A stretch of 38,369 nucleotides of DNA from Candidatus Woesearchaeota archaeon (GCA_016185805.1 JACPMW010000045.1:1-38369); one strand, 5' to 3'; shown: positions 28,901-37,462, counted from the first letter of the stretch. A program made the numbers and translations. The notes: a model not told the origin generated them from the sequence alone.

Positions 28901-29941
28901 AATAATTTTTTCTTCTTGTATTTTTGCCAAATTTGCCGACCACTCTTTTATCTTGCCTTGTTGTTTTAGCTCCAATAGGTCTTTCATAATTTGCATGGCC
29001 AATGCTTCAGCCAGTTTAACAGGCACGGCATTACCTATCATCTTATACCCATCTGCAACATTACTATAATAAAATACAAAATCGTCTGGAAAGGTTTGTA
29101 TCCTTGCACATTCCCTTACTGAAAGCCTCCTGTAGAGATTTTCTTTGCTCTTTATAAATTCCATCTTATCTTTTTGGACATGCCTCATTTTTGGGGCCTT
29201 TGGATGGCAAGGCGCATGCCTACCGCCTGCCTGAATTGTGAAAGAAGGCTCATCCCAGCCTCTTACCCTATTTCTTGACATATAGATAGTAGAAAATCCG
29301 CCATTCATGTATTCATGGTTGTATATTTCTAATTTTCCATTTGACTTATTTTTCTGGCTCGCGGGAATAGGCTCTGGCAAGTCACCAATTGCATCTTTTA
29401 ACATTGACTTAGCCTCTAAAGGCTTTGGAAATTCAAACTTCTTCCCAAATTTTTCATGGTAGCCTACAACAATAACCCTTTTTCTCTCCTGCGGAACCCC
29501 ATAATCATTCGCATCAAGCAATTTAAAGGAAACATTGTAGCCAATTTGCTTAAAGGCATTAACTATTTTCATAAATTCAGTGTAATGCCTGCTAGACAGT
29601 AGCCCAGCAACATTTTCAGCTAAAAAGAATAGTGGCTTTTTTTCTTTAATTAGCCTAACATAATCATAAAAAACTCTACCTCTAGGGTCATTTATTCCTC
29701 TCATTGCCCCTGCAAGGCTCCAGCTTTGGCAAGGCGGACCTCCAACAAAGCCAACAACATCAGGAACTTCATCAGCTTTTATTTTAGTGATAGATTTTTT
29801 ATTAATAGAAATTTTATGGTTTTTTTCAAATGTTTCCCAGCAGCCTTCCCAATTGTCATTGGCAAATGCTAGCTTAAATCCTGCATTTGTAAACCCTAAA
29901 TCCAATCCACCGGCTCCTGAAAAAAATGATGCTATTTTCAT
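28892..29941 (-). CDS. C5-cytosine DNA methyltransferase, HaeIII/NgoPII-like (probably GGCC)
   Basis: FSGAGG, GGPPCQSWS, ENV, QERKR, TRD STIYMSRNRVR, IGNAVP; the TRD resembles M.HaeIII as recalled. Confidence 0.93.
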   Translation of the reverse strand: MKIASFFSGAGGLDLGFTNAGFKLAFANDNWEGCWETFEKNHKISINKKSITKIKADEVPDVVGFVGGPPCQSWSLAGAMRGINDPRGRVFYDYVRLIKEKKPLFFLAENVAGLLSSRHYTEFMKIVNAFKQIGYNVSFKLLDANDYGVPQERKRVIVVGYHEKFGKKFEFPKPLEAKSMLKDAIGDLPEPIPASQKNKSNGKLEIYNHEYMNGGFSTIYMSRNRVRGWDEPSFTIQAGGRHAPCHPKAPKMRHVQKDKMEFIKSKENLYRRLSVRECARIQTFPDDFVFYYSNVADGYKMIGNAVPVKLAEALAMQIMKDLLELKQQGKIKEWSANLAKIQEEKIILP

Positions 29942-30795
29942 TTTTCCTTAAATGATATTAGCTTTGCGTCAATCTGCTTAGCTGGGTTATTTGGGTTTTT
30001 AATTTTTATTTCACTTACTGAAATTTCCTTATTGCTCTCCACTTTTTGCCTATCTTCCTTTGGGAATGAGTCATATTTATCTTTTTTCATGATGGCAAAC
30101 AAGTGAAATTTTCCATCGCTTTCTACTTTGCAATGACTTTCATATACTCTCAAGGGATTCTTAATGTGCCACATACCCCTAATTCTTAATTCAGTGATGC
30201 CCAGTGGGTCTACTTTTCTGACTTTTCCTATTTCAACAGTCTCTCCCTTTTCAAGATTTAGGCTGTCAAGCACCTTGTCAACTTGCTCTTTTATTGGCGA
30301 ATGCACCTTATTATAAACATCATGGTCAGCAGCATAGCAAGTTCCTTGGATAAAGAAGAGGTAATTAACTTTTCCATTCTTTGCGTGTCCTATAACATAG
30401 AATAGCTCTTTTTCTTTCCATCCGGGCTCACAATTTCTGCATGCTTTTGTAATTCTGGCATCTGTTGACAACAGCTTATCTTTCGGAGGTGAGCTATTTA
30501 ACGCAAGCGCAGATTTTGGGCTTTCAATTTTCTTTATTTCAAAAGCATCGCTATTCTTAATAATCATGTCCGGCGGGTTATTTTGGTTGCCCAGGTAAGA
30601 GAATATTTTTGAGTATGTTTCCTCTTTTTTCTCTTGGGGCAGTTTAAATGAGTCTGCTATGGCATCCCTAACGTAATATTCAAGCTGCTCCCCAACCGCA
30701 TTAATCCTTATCAGATACTTAGAAGCATAGCTCTTTAAATCATTATTTCCAAAAGAAACAATGCTTGAAACGGCACTTAATATATTGTTTTGCAT
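29938..30795 (-). CDS. NgoPII-family type II restriction endonuclease
   Basis: FSYLGNQNNPPD, DAFEIKK, LALNSS, VDPLGITELRIRGMW; ATGA overlap with the MTase. Confidence 0.88.
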   Translation of the reverse strand: MQNNILSAVSSIVSFGNNDLKSYASKYLIRINAVGEQLEYYVRDAIADSFKLPQEKKEETYSKIFSYLGNQNNPPDMIIKNSDAFEIKKIESPKSALALNSSPPKDKLLSTDARITKACRNCEPGWKEKELFYVIGHAKNGKVNYLFFIQGTCYAADHDVYNKVHSPIKEQVDKVLDSLNLEKGETVEIGKVRKVDPLGITELRIRGMWHIKNPLRVYESHCKVESDGKFHLFAIMKKDKYDSFPKEDRQKVESNKEISVSEIKIKNPNNPAKQIDAKLISFKEK

Positions 30796-30841
30796 ATCAC
30801 ACCCTTTGTTTTCCTATAATATACGGAACTGATTTATAAAG

Positions 30842-30865
30842 CTTGCCCACAAATGTCCAGTGGTC
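30842..30865 (-). promoter_or_regulatory. Pre-TATA motif copy 3 (GACCACTGGACATTTGTGGGCAAG)
   Basis: Same CACTGGACAT core and spacing, followed by CTTTATAAA and the REase gene. Confidence 0.5.
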
Positions 30866-31091
30866 AAAAATCAATTAAAATACCATAATGAAGAGTAAAT
30901 TACGGCGACAACTGGGATTTATGGCGGGTTTTCAACTAGTTTAAGAAACTTTTTTGCAAAAAGATGTTATTCCACTAAAACCATATGAGAAGCTAAATGC
31001 CGAATTTTCCATCAAAGGAAATTCGGGCGGCACGAACAACTAAATCCTCACGAAATCGGGCATCAAAGCCCTCATTCGTTGCGGCTTAATT

Positions 31092-31173
31092 CATATAACA
31101 CATTTTAGGCAGTTCGTTCGCTCAGCCATCAAAGGCATCGCTCACTATGTTCGCCTAAAATGTACGTTATACG
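31092..31173 (+). repeat. attC-like hairpin, right (CATATAAC...GTTATACG)
   Basis: 11-bp inner stem ACATTTTAGGC/GCCTAAAATGT, a 2-nt bulge before GTTA, internal GTTCGTTCGCTCAGCC. Confidence 0.7.
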
Positions 31174-31228
31174 AACAATTTAAACCCAAAACCTTTCCAG
31201 CCAAGATGCTGTCTAATCTGCTGGACTT

Positions 31229-31582
31229 TTAGGTTTTTTTCTCAAAAGCAAGAACCTGCTCAAGCATACCCAGTTCAGATAGTCTAGCGTTTACTGCTTC
31301 CTCTGAATGCTTTAGTTTTCTTGCTGCGGCTTTTAATGAGCCATACATTTTTATTCTGTCTATGATTGAATCTAATTCACCAAGGGTTATTGGTCTTCTT
31401 CCTGCCTTTTTTATTACCCGGTTATTAAGAAGCCCTTCATTTTCCCATATTTGCCTAAGATTAGGCATTGAAGGAAGTGGAGCTACACGGCCTCTCAATT
31501 GTTCTCTTGCTATTGAAGCCAAGCCTTTGCTAGAGTTATAAGCTTCCCTAATGTAGCCAATTTGCTCATTGGTGTAACCCAT
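31229..31582 (-). CDS. Hypothetical protein with C-terminal HTH-like motif
   Basis: GSLKAAARKLKHSEEAVNARLSEL resembles a LysR-type HTH. Confidence 0.55.
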   Translation of the reverse strand: MGYTNEQIGYIREAYNSSKGLASIAREQLRGRVAPLPSMPNLRQIWENEGLLNNRVIKKAGRRPITLGELDSIIDRIKMYGSLKAAARKLKHSEEAVNARLSELGMLEQVLAFEKKT

Positions 31583-31596
31583 TTGAAACTCCGAAA

Positions 31597-32814
31597 TTAT
31601 AAATCCAGCTCCAGAACCCTGCCAACTTCTTCCCTTACTCTTCCCTCAAAATCAGGAACTGTTTCCCCTTCCTGCTTTTCCGTGCTCAAGATTTTCATCA
31701 AATTTTTTATTAGCTCTTCCTCTTTCTCTGTGCTCAAATTGTCCAATTTTATCTGGCCCAGGTGCTCTTTGACTAAAAATGATTCTATGTCATCCACATT
31801 CTTTGCGTCTGTCTTTATCTCCTCAAACTCCTGTGATGCTAGTGCGTGCAAGCTTTTCATTACAAAATAAGCCGACTTGCTGTAAATTTCATTGAAAATT
31901 TCCTTGAAATCGATATCAGATGGCTTGCCTGACTCGAGCGTTCCAAAAAGCCTTATCAAGACAACTGTGTTGTTGAATTCTTTGTTTTTTATCTCATTGA
32001 AAATCTCATTTTTAATCTCGTCAGGGCTTTTATGGCTGCAATCCTTGTTTATCTTGTAGATATTATAAATCTGTACAGGCTCCCATCTTGCATTTCCATC
32101 TTCAACAATGTAGAAGCCGCCCCTCTCCAGTTTCTCCAATTCCGCAAAGCTGTTCGGAAATAATGGCCCCGGATAAACAATTCTCCCATAGCCTTCAATC
32201 TGCTTGTCATCAACAATATGGACGTGGCCGCCGGCGTAATAGTCAAAGCCCTTCGGCAGCAGAGACAATGGCTGCGAGATTATGTTTTCCATCTCCTTTG
32301 GCTTCAGTTCATCAATCCCGGAGTGAAACATAAAAATCTTGTATCCCTCTTCTCCCTCCAGATTTTCCAGAATAAGCTTTTCGTAATAGGATTTTTCCAA
32401 TGAGCCTCTTTTCCCAAGAATTCCTGTTATCTTTGCACCTGTTTTTTTGTCAACAGTAAAATTTAATTTTAATTTGCCGTCTTCAGCGCTTCCCTTGAAC
32501 ACATTTACAAACAATCCGGCTTCCTCCAGGACATCAAGAATTGTCTTTCCGCTCGGGCTGTAGTCATGCGAGCCCGGCACTATATAAACTGGAATTTCCA
32601 AATCCTTTAATTGCTTGAATTTTGTGACAACTGCTTTCAAATTATCAAGCCTTGGAAAAGAGGTGTTGAACAAATCGCCTGCAATCAGGATAAAATCCAC
32701 TTTTTCTTTTATGCACTTGTCAATTGCCTTGCAAAATGCCAGAGTGCTTGTATCCTTCAGTTTCGGGTCTCTCCACGAGCCTATATGGCAGTCCGCTAAA
32801 TGGGCGAATTTCAT
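31597..32814 (-). CDS. mre11: DNA double-strand break repair nuclease Mre11/SbcD
   Basis: AHLADCHIG, IAGDLF, PGSHD, FHSG, GGHVH, YPG; near herA. Confidence 0.9.
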   Translation of the reverse strand: MKFAHLADCHIGSWRDPKLKDTSTLAFCKAIDKCIKEKVDFILIAGDLFNTSFPRLDNLKAVVTKFKQLKDLEIPVYIVPGSHDYSPSGKTILDVLEEAGLFVNVFKGSAEDGKLKLNFTVDKKTGAKITGILGKRGSLEKSYYEKLILENLEGEEGYKIFMFHSGIDELKPKEMENIISQPLSLLPKGFDYYAGGHVHIVDDKQIEGYGRIVYPGPLFPNSFAELEKLERGGFYIVEDGNARWEPVQIYNIYKINKDCSHKSPDEIKNEIFNEIKNKEFNNTVVLIRLFGTLESGKPSDIDFKEIFNEIYSKSAYFVMKSLHALASQEFEEIKTDAKNVDDIESFLVKEHLGQIKLDNLSTEKEEELIKNLMKILSTEKQEGETVPDFEGRVREEVGRVLELDL

Positions 32815-32844
32815 GGATTAAAGGTAATATATGGCAATTTTTAA

Positions 32845-33090
32845 AGGTATTCAATACCACTGGACCAATACCTTGGAGAAAAAATAGATACCACTTATGA
32901 ATACATATATGGTGCTGGAATATCAATAATTGTTATTGGTATTATTTTTCTTTTAATAACATTTTTTGTTAATTTTAATATTAAAAATTTAATTTTTTCA
33001 AGTTTTATAATATTTTTAGGCATGGCTGTTCTTGTAATTTTGGAAATGCTGAAAAAAAGATTTGTAAAAAATAAGAAAGGATATAAATAG
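32845..33090 (+). pseudogene. 5'-truncated membrane protein fragment
   Basis: 82-codon AT-rich open frame (...YIYGAGISIIVIGIIFLLITFF...FIIFLGMAVLVILEMLKKR...) with no start codon at its 5' end. Confidence 0.35.
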
Positions 33091-33102
33091 AATTAAAAAT
33101 TA

Positions 33103-33271
33103 GGAACTGCATATCTCCTTTGCATCACCTCCGGTTGTTTTATTCAAAAGAATACCTTACTTCGTTCGGGTATTCGCTAGGTGATTAAAGATTTCCAAAA
33201 GCTTGTTTGTTGTCCCTTTGAATTCCGTTTTTGGAATCGAGGATTTGCCTTGGGTTTTGGAGTGCAGTTCC
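33103..33271. ncRNA. Candidate structured RNA closed by a 9-bp stem
   Basis: GGAACTGCA/TGCAGTTCC enclose ATCACCT/AGGTGAT, GAATACC/GGTATTC, TCCAAAA/TTTTGGA and ATTCC/GGAAT. Confidence 0.4.
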
Positions 33272-33277
33272 CGATGA

Positions 33278-33496
33278 TCATGCTTGTGATCTTGCCTCAT
33301 CAATTTGAGGCTCCATAAACTCTTCTCTAAAGTATTCGGCTTCCTTGAATTTCTTCAGCCTTGGAAGGGCTTTCATATGCCTGTTGAGAGTCTCTTGCGA
33401 CTCTGTATCATCTTTCTGTGGGATATGAACTATTTTTTGTAAAGCCCTCTTCTTTTTCAGATAAAAATCTTTCAAGCCTTCCATTTTTACCCCCAA
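33278..33496 (-). CDS. Small hypothetical protein
   Basis: 72-aa charged ORF with upstream TTTATATA. Confidence 0.5.
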   Translation of the reverse strand: MGVKMEGLKDFYLKKKRALQKIVHIPQKDDTESQETLNRHMKALPRLKKFKEAEYFREEFMEPQIDEARSQA

Positions 33497-33558
33497 GATA
33501 TATAATATTGTTAAGTATATATAAATTCACTATTAAATGTATATAGCAGTATATAGAA

Positions 33559-35100
33559 TTATTTCAATTCGCTGAATTCCATGGCAAAACCTTCTTTTTT
33601 TTCCAGAGTTTGCTGTACAACATCCTCAAAATATGGAATGCCTATTGGTGTTACAAACTTTGCAAAATTGCTTGTTATAAGCGCTTCTCCTATGTCAAGG
33701 GATGCTATTGTCCTGTCATCATCGCTTAAGTCTTGGGAAGCGCTTTCAATTATTGCTTGTCTTTCGGGCTTCATCTCTATGCCAAGTATGATTTTGGTGT
33801 TCATGTTTGCAAGTATCTCGCGCGGAATGAGTGAAGGCAGCTGCGTGATGGCACAAAGGCCAATTTTGAATTTCCTTCCTTCCCTTGCTATGGTTGAGAA
33901 TATATTCTGCCCCGCTTCAAGCACCTCCTTTCCCAGAACTCTTGGGGCTTCTTCCAGGACAATGGATATTACTGGCTTGCCTTGCAATGCTCCATCCATT
34001 TTATAATTTTTATATTTGTTGAATACCTCATTTGCAATAAGGCTTCCAACAAGCAATTCGACTGCCCCGCTGAAGCTTGAGGTGTCAATTATGACAATTC
34101 TTCCCTCTTCAAGATGCCTGCATATGTCGCTTATTGTTGCAAATCCTGAATTGAGCTGGAAAATCCCGTTGCAAAATAGTTGGTTGTCAGCAAACTCCAA
34201 ATCAAGCAGGTACAGCAATCTCCTTTTAACAACAGCCATCGTATCATCTTTAAACACCTTGCCTATTCTTAATTCTTTTTCAAGTATTATGGCTTCTATC
34301 CATTTGCTGCCGAACTCTTTGTGGTAAATGTTTATGCATTGCCTCTGTGCGTCGCTAAAATCCACAACACCCTCAAAATGAATAGGCTTTATGATTTCAA
34401 GATGCACCCTCAAGGTATTGGTTCCGATAGGGGCATTTTTAGCTGTGTAGTACAAAACATTTTCCTTGACTGGGTGCTCCTTCAGCCCAATCTTATTCCT
34501 TCCATAATACTCGTCATGGGGGTCAAGCACCAGAATTCCAAACCCCCTGCCAATTGAATTCCAGAGCAGATTTGAAACAAGCACGCTTTTTCCCCTTCCG
34601 GTTGTGCCTGCAATGAGGATATGGTGCGAGAAAACTTTCTCGCCGTCAAGATAAATGGGAACATCAAGCAGTTTTGAGCCGCTTCTCAGTTTGCCGATGG
34701 CTATCGGATTTCTTGGCTTGGCCAAAAAAGACAGATCTTCCTCGATTATTTCCCTTACTTCAGAAAAAAAATTTGGCAAAGATTTGCTGACAAAAGCATT
34801 ATTGTCCTTGATTGTTACAAGGCTTTTCATCATAGCCAGCATGTAATTCCGCAGATTTGCGTCAAAAAGCTCGAATTCAGTGTTTTCCTCCATCTTCATG
34901 CCTGAAATCAGCTCAAGATTCTGCTGCGATATCTGGCTTCCATAGATCAAGTCATAAACCTGCATAAGGATCTTGCGGTCGTTTAGGTTTGCAACCAGCA
35001 GCTCTCCAATCTCTATGTCCCCTCCAGCCTTCTGCCTTGCAATAACTTTTCCGAATTCCCCAGAAATAATTTGGCCTTTAATCGGCATATGGATAACCAC
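33559..35100 (-). CDS. herA: HerA-family helicase/ATPase
   Basis: N-terminal HAS barrel, [35 protein letters not shown]. Confidence 0.88.
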   Translation of the reverse strand: MVIHMPIKGQIISGEFGKVIARQKAGGDIEIGELLVANLNDRKILMQVYDLIYGSQISQQNLELISGMKMEENTEFELFDANLRNYMLAMMKSLVTIKDNNAFVSKSLPNFFSEVREIIEEDLSFLAKPRNPIAIGKLRSGSKLLDVPIYLDGEKVFSHHILIAGTTGRGKSVLVSNLLWNSIGRGFGILVLDPHDEYYGRNKIGLKEHPVKENVLYYTAKNAPIGTNTLRVHLEIIKPIHFEGVVDFSDAQRQCINIYHKEFGSKWIEAIILEKELRIGKVFKDDTMAVVKRRLLYLLDLEFADNQLFCNGIFQLNSGFATISDICRHLEEGRIVIIDTSSFSGAVELLVGSLIANEVFNKYKNYKMDGALQGKPVISIVLEEAPRVLGKEVLEAGQNIFSTIAREGRKFKIGLCAITQLPSLIPREILANMNTKIILGIEMKPERQAIIESASQDLSDDDRTIASLDIGEALITSNFAKFVTPIGIPYFEDVVQQTLEKKEGFAMEFSELK

Positions 35101-35142
35101 CCAAAAGTGAAAAATAAGGCAGTGTATATAAAAGTTGTTGGT

Positions 35143-36231
35143 TCAGTCTATCTTTGGCGGCAAAAAGCCTTTTTTCTTAAAGATAAGATAAGCCAAAAGG
35201 CCGGAAGCTATTGTTGAGAAAACCAGAATGGTGACTTGTGTGCGCCACTCCACGTGCTCTGCTATGGGTGTTCCAAAAACAGTGGCGATAGTGTTTGGCA
35301 CGATAAAAGCTGCCCCAAGAACTCCCATCCAAACCGCAATCAGTGACATCCTATTGTTCAAAATCTGCAATTGGTTGTTGTAAATGCTCTGCAAAACCTC
35401 CAAGCCCGATGCAAGCACTGTCGACATCTGCTCGCTTATTGATATTTGCCTTGTCAGGTCCGTGCTCAGCATCCCGACCTTCTGCAGGATTATGGGGTCG
35501 TCTGTTATTATCTCCGCATCCCCATACCTCAAATAATGCACGACATCAAGGGTGGCCCACAAGGCTTCAAGGTAAGAAATCAATGCATGCTTCATCTTGT
35601 ATATGTCAGAGCCCAATTCTTTCCTGAAGCCGGTTGTTTCTATGAGGTACTTGCTTATTTCTTCTCCTTGCTCTTGTATGGCCCTTATCCCATCAAAATT
35701 TCTTTCATTGTTTTCGTCAAGTATCCTTATGAGGACAAGTGAAATCTTGTCTATGTCATCAAGGTTCTTTGGGACTTTTTTGAAGAAAGTGACTGCATAC
35801 CTTGCAAACTTCACAAGCCTTGTTACATGTTCGCCGTGTATGGTCACAATGAGATTGTTTTTCATCAGGATGATAAGCTTGTTTATCTCGACTTCAAGCT
35901 CTGTGACCCTCACGGCAGGCAGCAATAGCCCAAGCTCTGTGGTGTGGTCGTCATAACCTGAAAACCTCTGCTTTGCCAGCTCATTGATAATGAGGGGGTT
36001 AAACCCAAGCATGGACGCTGTTTTGCCGCCTTCATTTTCCAAATCGCTAACCTGCACGTTTATCCATGCAAAATCCGCGTCTTTCAGCGTTGGAAGAAAT
36101 TCATCTGCATTCCCCTCAATTTTAACGGTGCTGCCGTTCCTGAGCATGGCAACGCAGAAAGTCGGGCTGACGCTGTTTGATTGGAGATTAGTGGAAAGTT
36201 CCGATTTAGATTCTTCGGATTCATGCCTCAT
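35143..36231 (-). CDS. CorA/ZntB family divalent cation transporter
   Basis: Cytoplasmic funnel, LNNRM, two C-terminal TM helices. Start placed at the ATGA overlap (36231) after GGAGG. Confidence 0.8.
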   Translation of the reverse strand: MRHESEESKSELSTNLQSNSVSPTFCVAMLRNGSTVKIEGNADEFLPTLKDADFAWINVQVSDLENEGGKTASMLGFNPLIINELAKQRFSGYDDHTTELGLLLPAVRVTELEVEINKLIILMKNNLIVTIHGEHVTRLVKFARYAVTFFKKVPKNLDDIDKISLVLIRILDENNERNFDGIRAIQEQGEEISKYLIETTGFRKELGSDIYKMKHALISYLEALWATLDVVHYLRYGDAEIITDDPIILQKVGMLSTDLTRQISISEQMSTVLASGLEVLQSIYNNQLQILNNRMSLIAVWMGVLGAAFIVPNTIATVFGTPIAEHVEWRTQVTILVFSTIASGLLAYLIFKKKGFLPPKID

Positions 36232-36917
36232 TTTGCCTCCAATCTCAGTATTTGGAAGATTTCCTCTTTTGACACCGCGCATCCGTTTAGTTTTACTCCC
36301 CATAAAAGGCTTTCCAGCAGGTTTTTTCTTGCATCAGGTAGTTTTGTGATGAAGCTGTCCAAGATGCCATGCTCGTAGGCTATTGCAACAAGCTCGACCG
36401 AACGTATTGCTTTTACGTCCCTGACCGCAAGGTTAATCTGTTTTAAATTATTTTCGTTTATGGTTATGGGGGTATGCAGGGTTTTTTTAAGGATCTCGAC
36501 AATCATTTTCGGGTTTTCTATAAGGAACCTTGTCGTCTTCTCGTCAATTGCTATGGCATCTGATTTTGACTCCATTGCAGCTGCAATAACTGACATTTCC
36601 GCAAAATGCACTATTTTTATGTAGTTGTTGTACGCCTTGAATATCTCATTCGCTGTGCTCAGCAATGAAGGTGTCTTTTCCCTTATAAAATTGGTGTCCA
36701 TAATTTCCAATATTCCTTTTTCCACAAGCCTTTCAACCTGGATTGCCTCGAACTTGAATTTTTTAGTCTCAAGCGGCCTGTCTACCAGCTCCCTCCTCAC
36801 GCTTTCTGTAATGTAAAACTTTCCGTTAAATTTTTTTTTCAGCGGCTCCAGTATCCACAACAGATTGTTCATTGTCAGGCTTATCACAGGGCCTGCGTCA
36901 AAAATCAGCGATTTCAT
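36228..36917 (-). CDS. PIN-domain protein
   Basis: LIFDAGPVI, ITESVRREL, HFAEMSVI, IDEKTTR. Confidence 0.75.
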   Translation of the reverse strand: MKSLIFDAGPVISLTMNNLLWILEPLKKKFNGKFYITESVRRELVDRPLETKKFKFEAIQVERLVEKGILEIMDTNFIREKTPSLLSTANEIFKAYNNYIKIVHFAEMSVIAAAMESKSDAIAIDEKTTRFLIENPKMIVEILKKTLHTPITINENNLKQINLAVRDVKAIRSVELVAIAYEHGILDSFITKLPDARKNLLESLLWGVKLNGCAVSKEEIFQILRLEAK

Positions 36918-37462
36918 GAAAACAGGCTCCTTGCAAATTTTAATCTCTTTGAAACATTGACAGGCTCGCTAATCTGGTCCACCAAGGTTGTCTTGCCAAT
37001 ATAGCGCATAATCTCCCACTGTGATATGCCTAAAATTTCCGCGGACCTTGCAATTGAAATGCCATGCTCGCAAAGTTTGCATCCCTTCTTTATTTGGGCA
37101 TGGCTTATGACTTCATGTATGTACAGGTTTATTTTTTCATCTATAGACCTCACAAAATTGAACATGTTTTTAATGGATTTTCTGAACATGTCATCCTGGT
37201 TGTTTCTAAGGTAAGAGATGCAGGAATTAATCATACCTATTATTTTTCCATAATCCAGCTCCCTTCTTTCCATTATCTTTGACAAAGAGTAAATCAAAAC
37301 AGCGACGCTGATGGAATCCTCGTCCTGGAAAACGCTTGCATTATGCATGGTGCTGTTGCTCAGCTCCTTTATCTCAGTTATGTCTGTTTCCTCACTGACT
37401 TTCAGAATATCAGCAAGTTTGCCAAGCACGTCAATAATGTCTTTCTTTATTATGTCCTGCAT
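36914..37462 (-). CDS. Hypothetical protein with C-terminal HTH (UPF0175-like)
   Basis: GISIARSAEILGISQWEIMRY; ATGA overlap with the PIN gene. Confidence 0.7.
   Translation of the reverse strand: MQDIIKKDIIDVLGKLADILKVSEETDITEIKELSNSTMHNASVFQDEDSISVAVLIYSLSKIMERRELDYGKIIGMINSCISYLRNNQDDMFRKSIKNMFNFVRSIDEKINLYIHEVISHAQIKKGCKLCEHGISIARSAEILGISQWEIMRYIGKTTLVDQISEPVNVSKRLKFARSLFS

Larger units (their letters stand above)
25502..31166 (+). mobile_element. Putative integrated cassette / defence island (5,665 bp) bounded by attC-like sites
   Basis: Reciprocally complementary core boxes, complementary inner arms, defence-type cargo; no recombinase in the window. Confidence 0.65.

Noticed and set aside
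25434-31173. CRISPR array, group II intron, retron or IS interpretation of the island ends
   Set aside because: No regularly spaced repeats, no domain V motif, no reverse transcriptase or transposase, and no target-site duplication seen.
32856-32868. ACCACTGGACCAA as a fourth pre-TATA motif
   Set aside because: Only part of the core matches and no TATA box follows at the fixed spacing.
33200-33258. c-di-GMP-I riboswitch resemblance (GGCAAA...GGGAC on the minus strand)
   Set aside because: No GNRA tetraloop, no receptor-bearing P2 and no GCAAAGC junction.
36232-36303. Upstream start for the CorA-like ORF
   Set aside because: It lies inside the PIN gene; GGAGG plus the ATGA overlap supports 36231.
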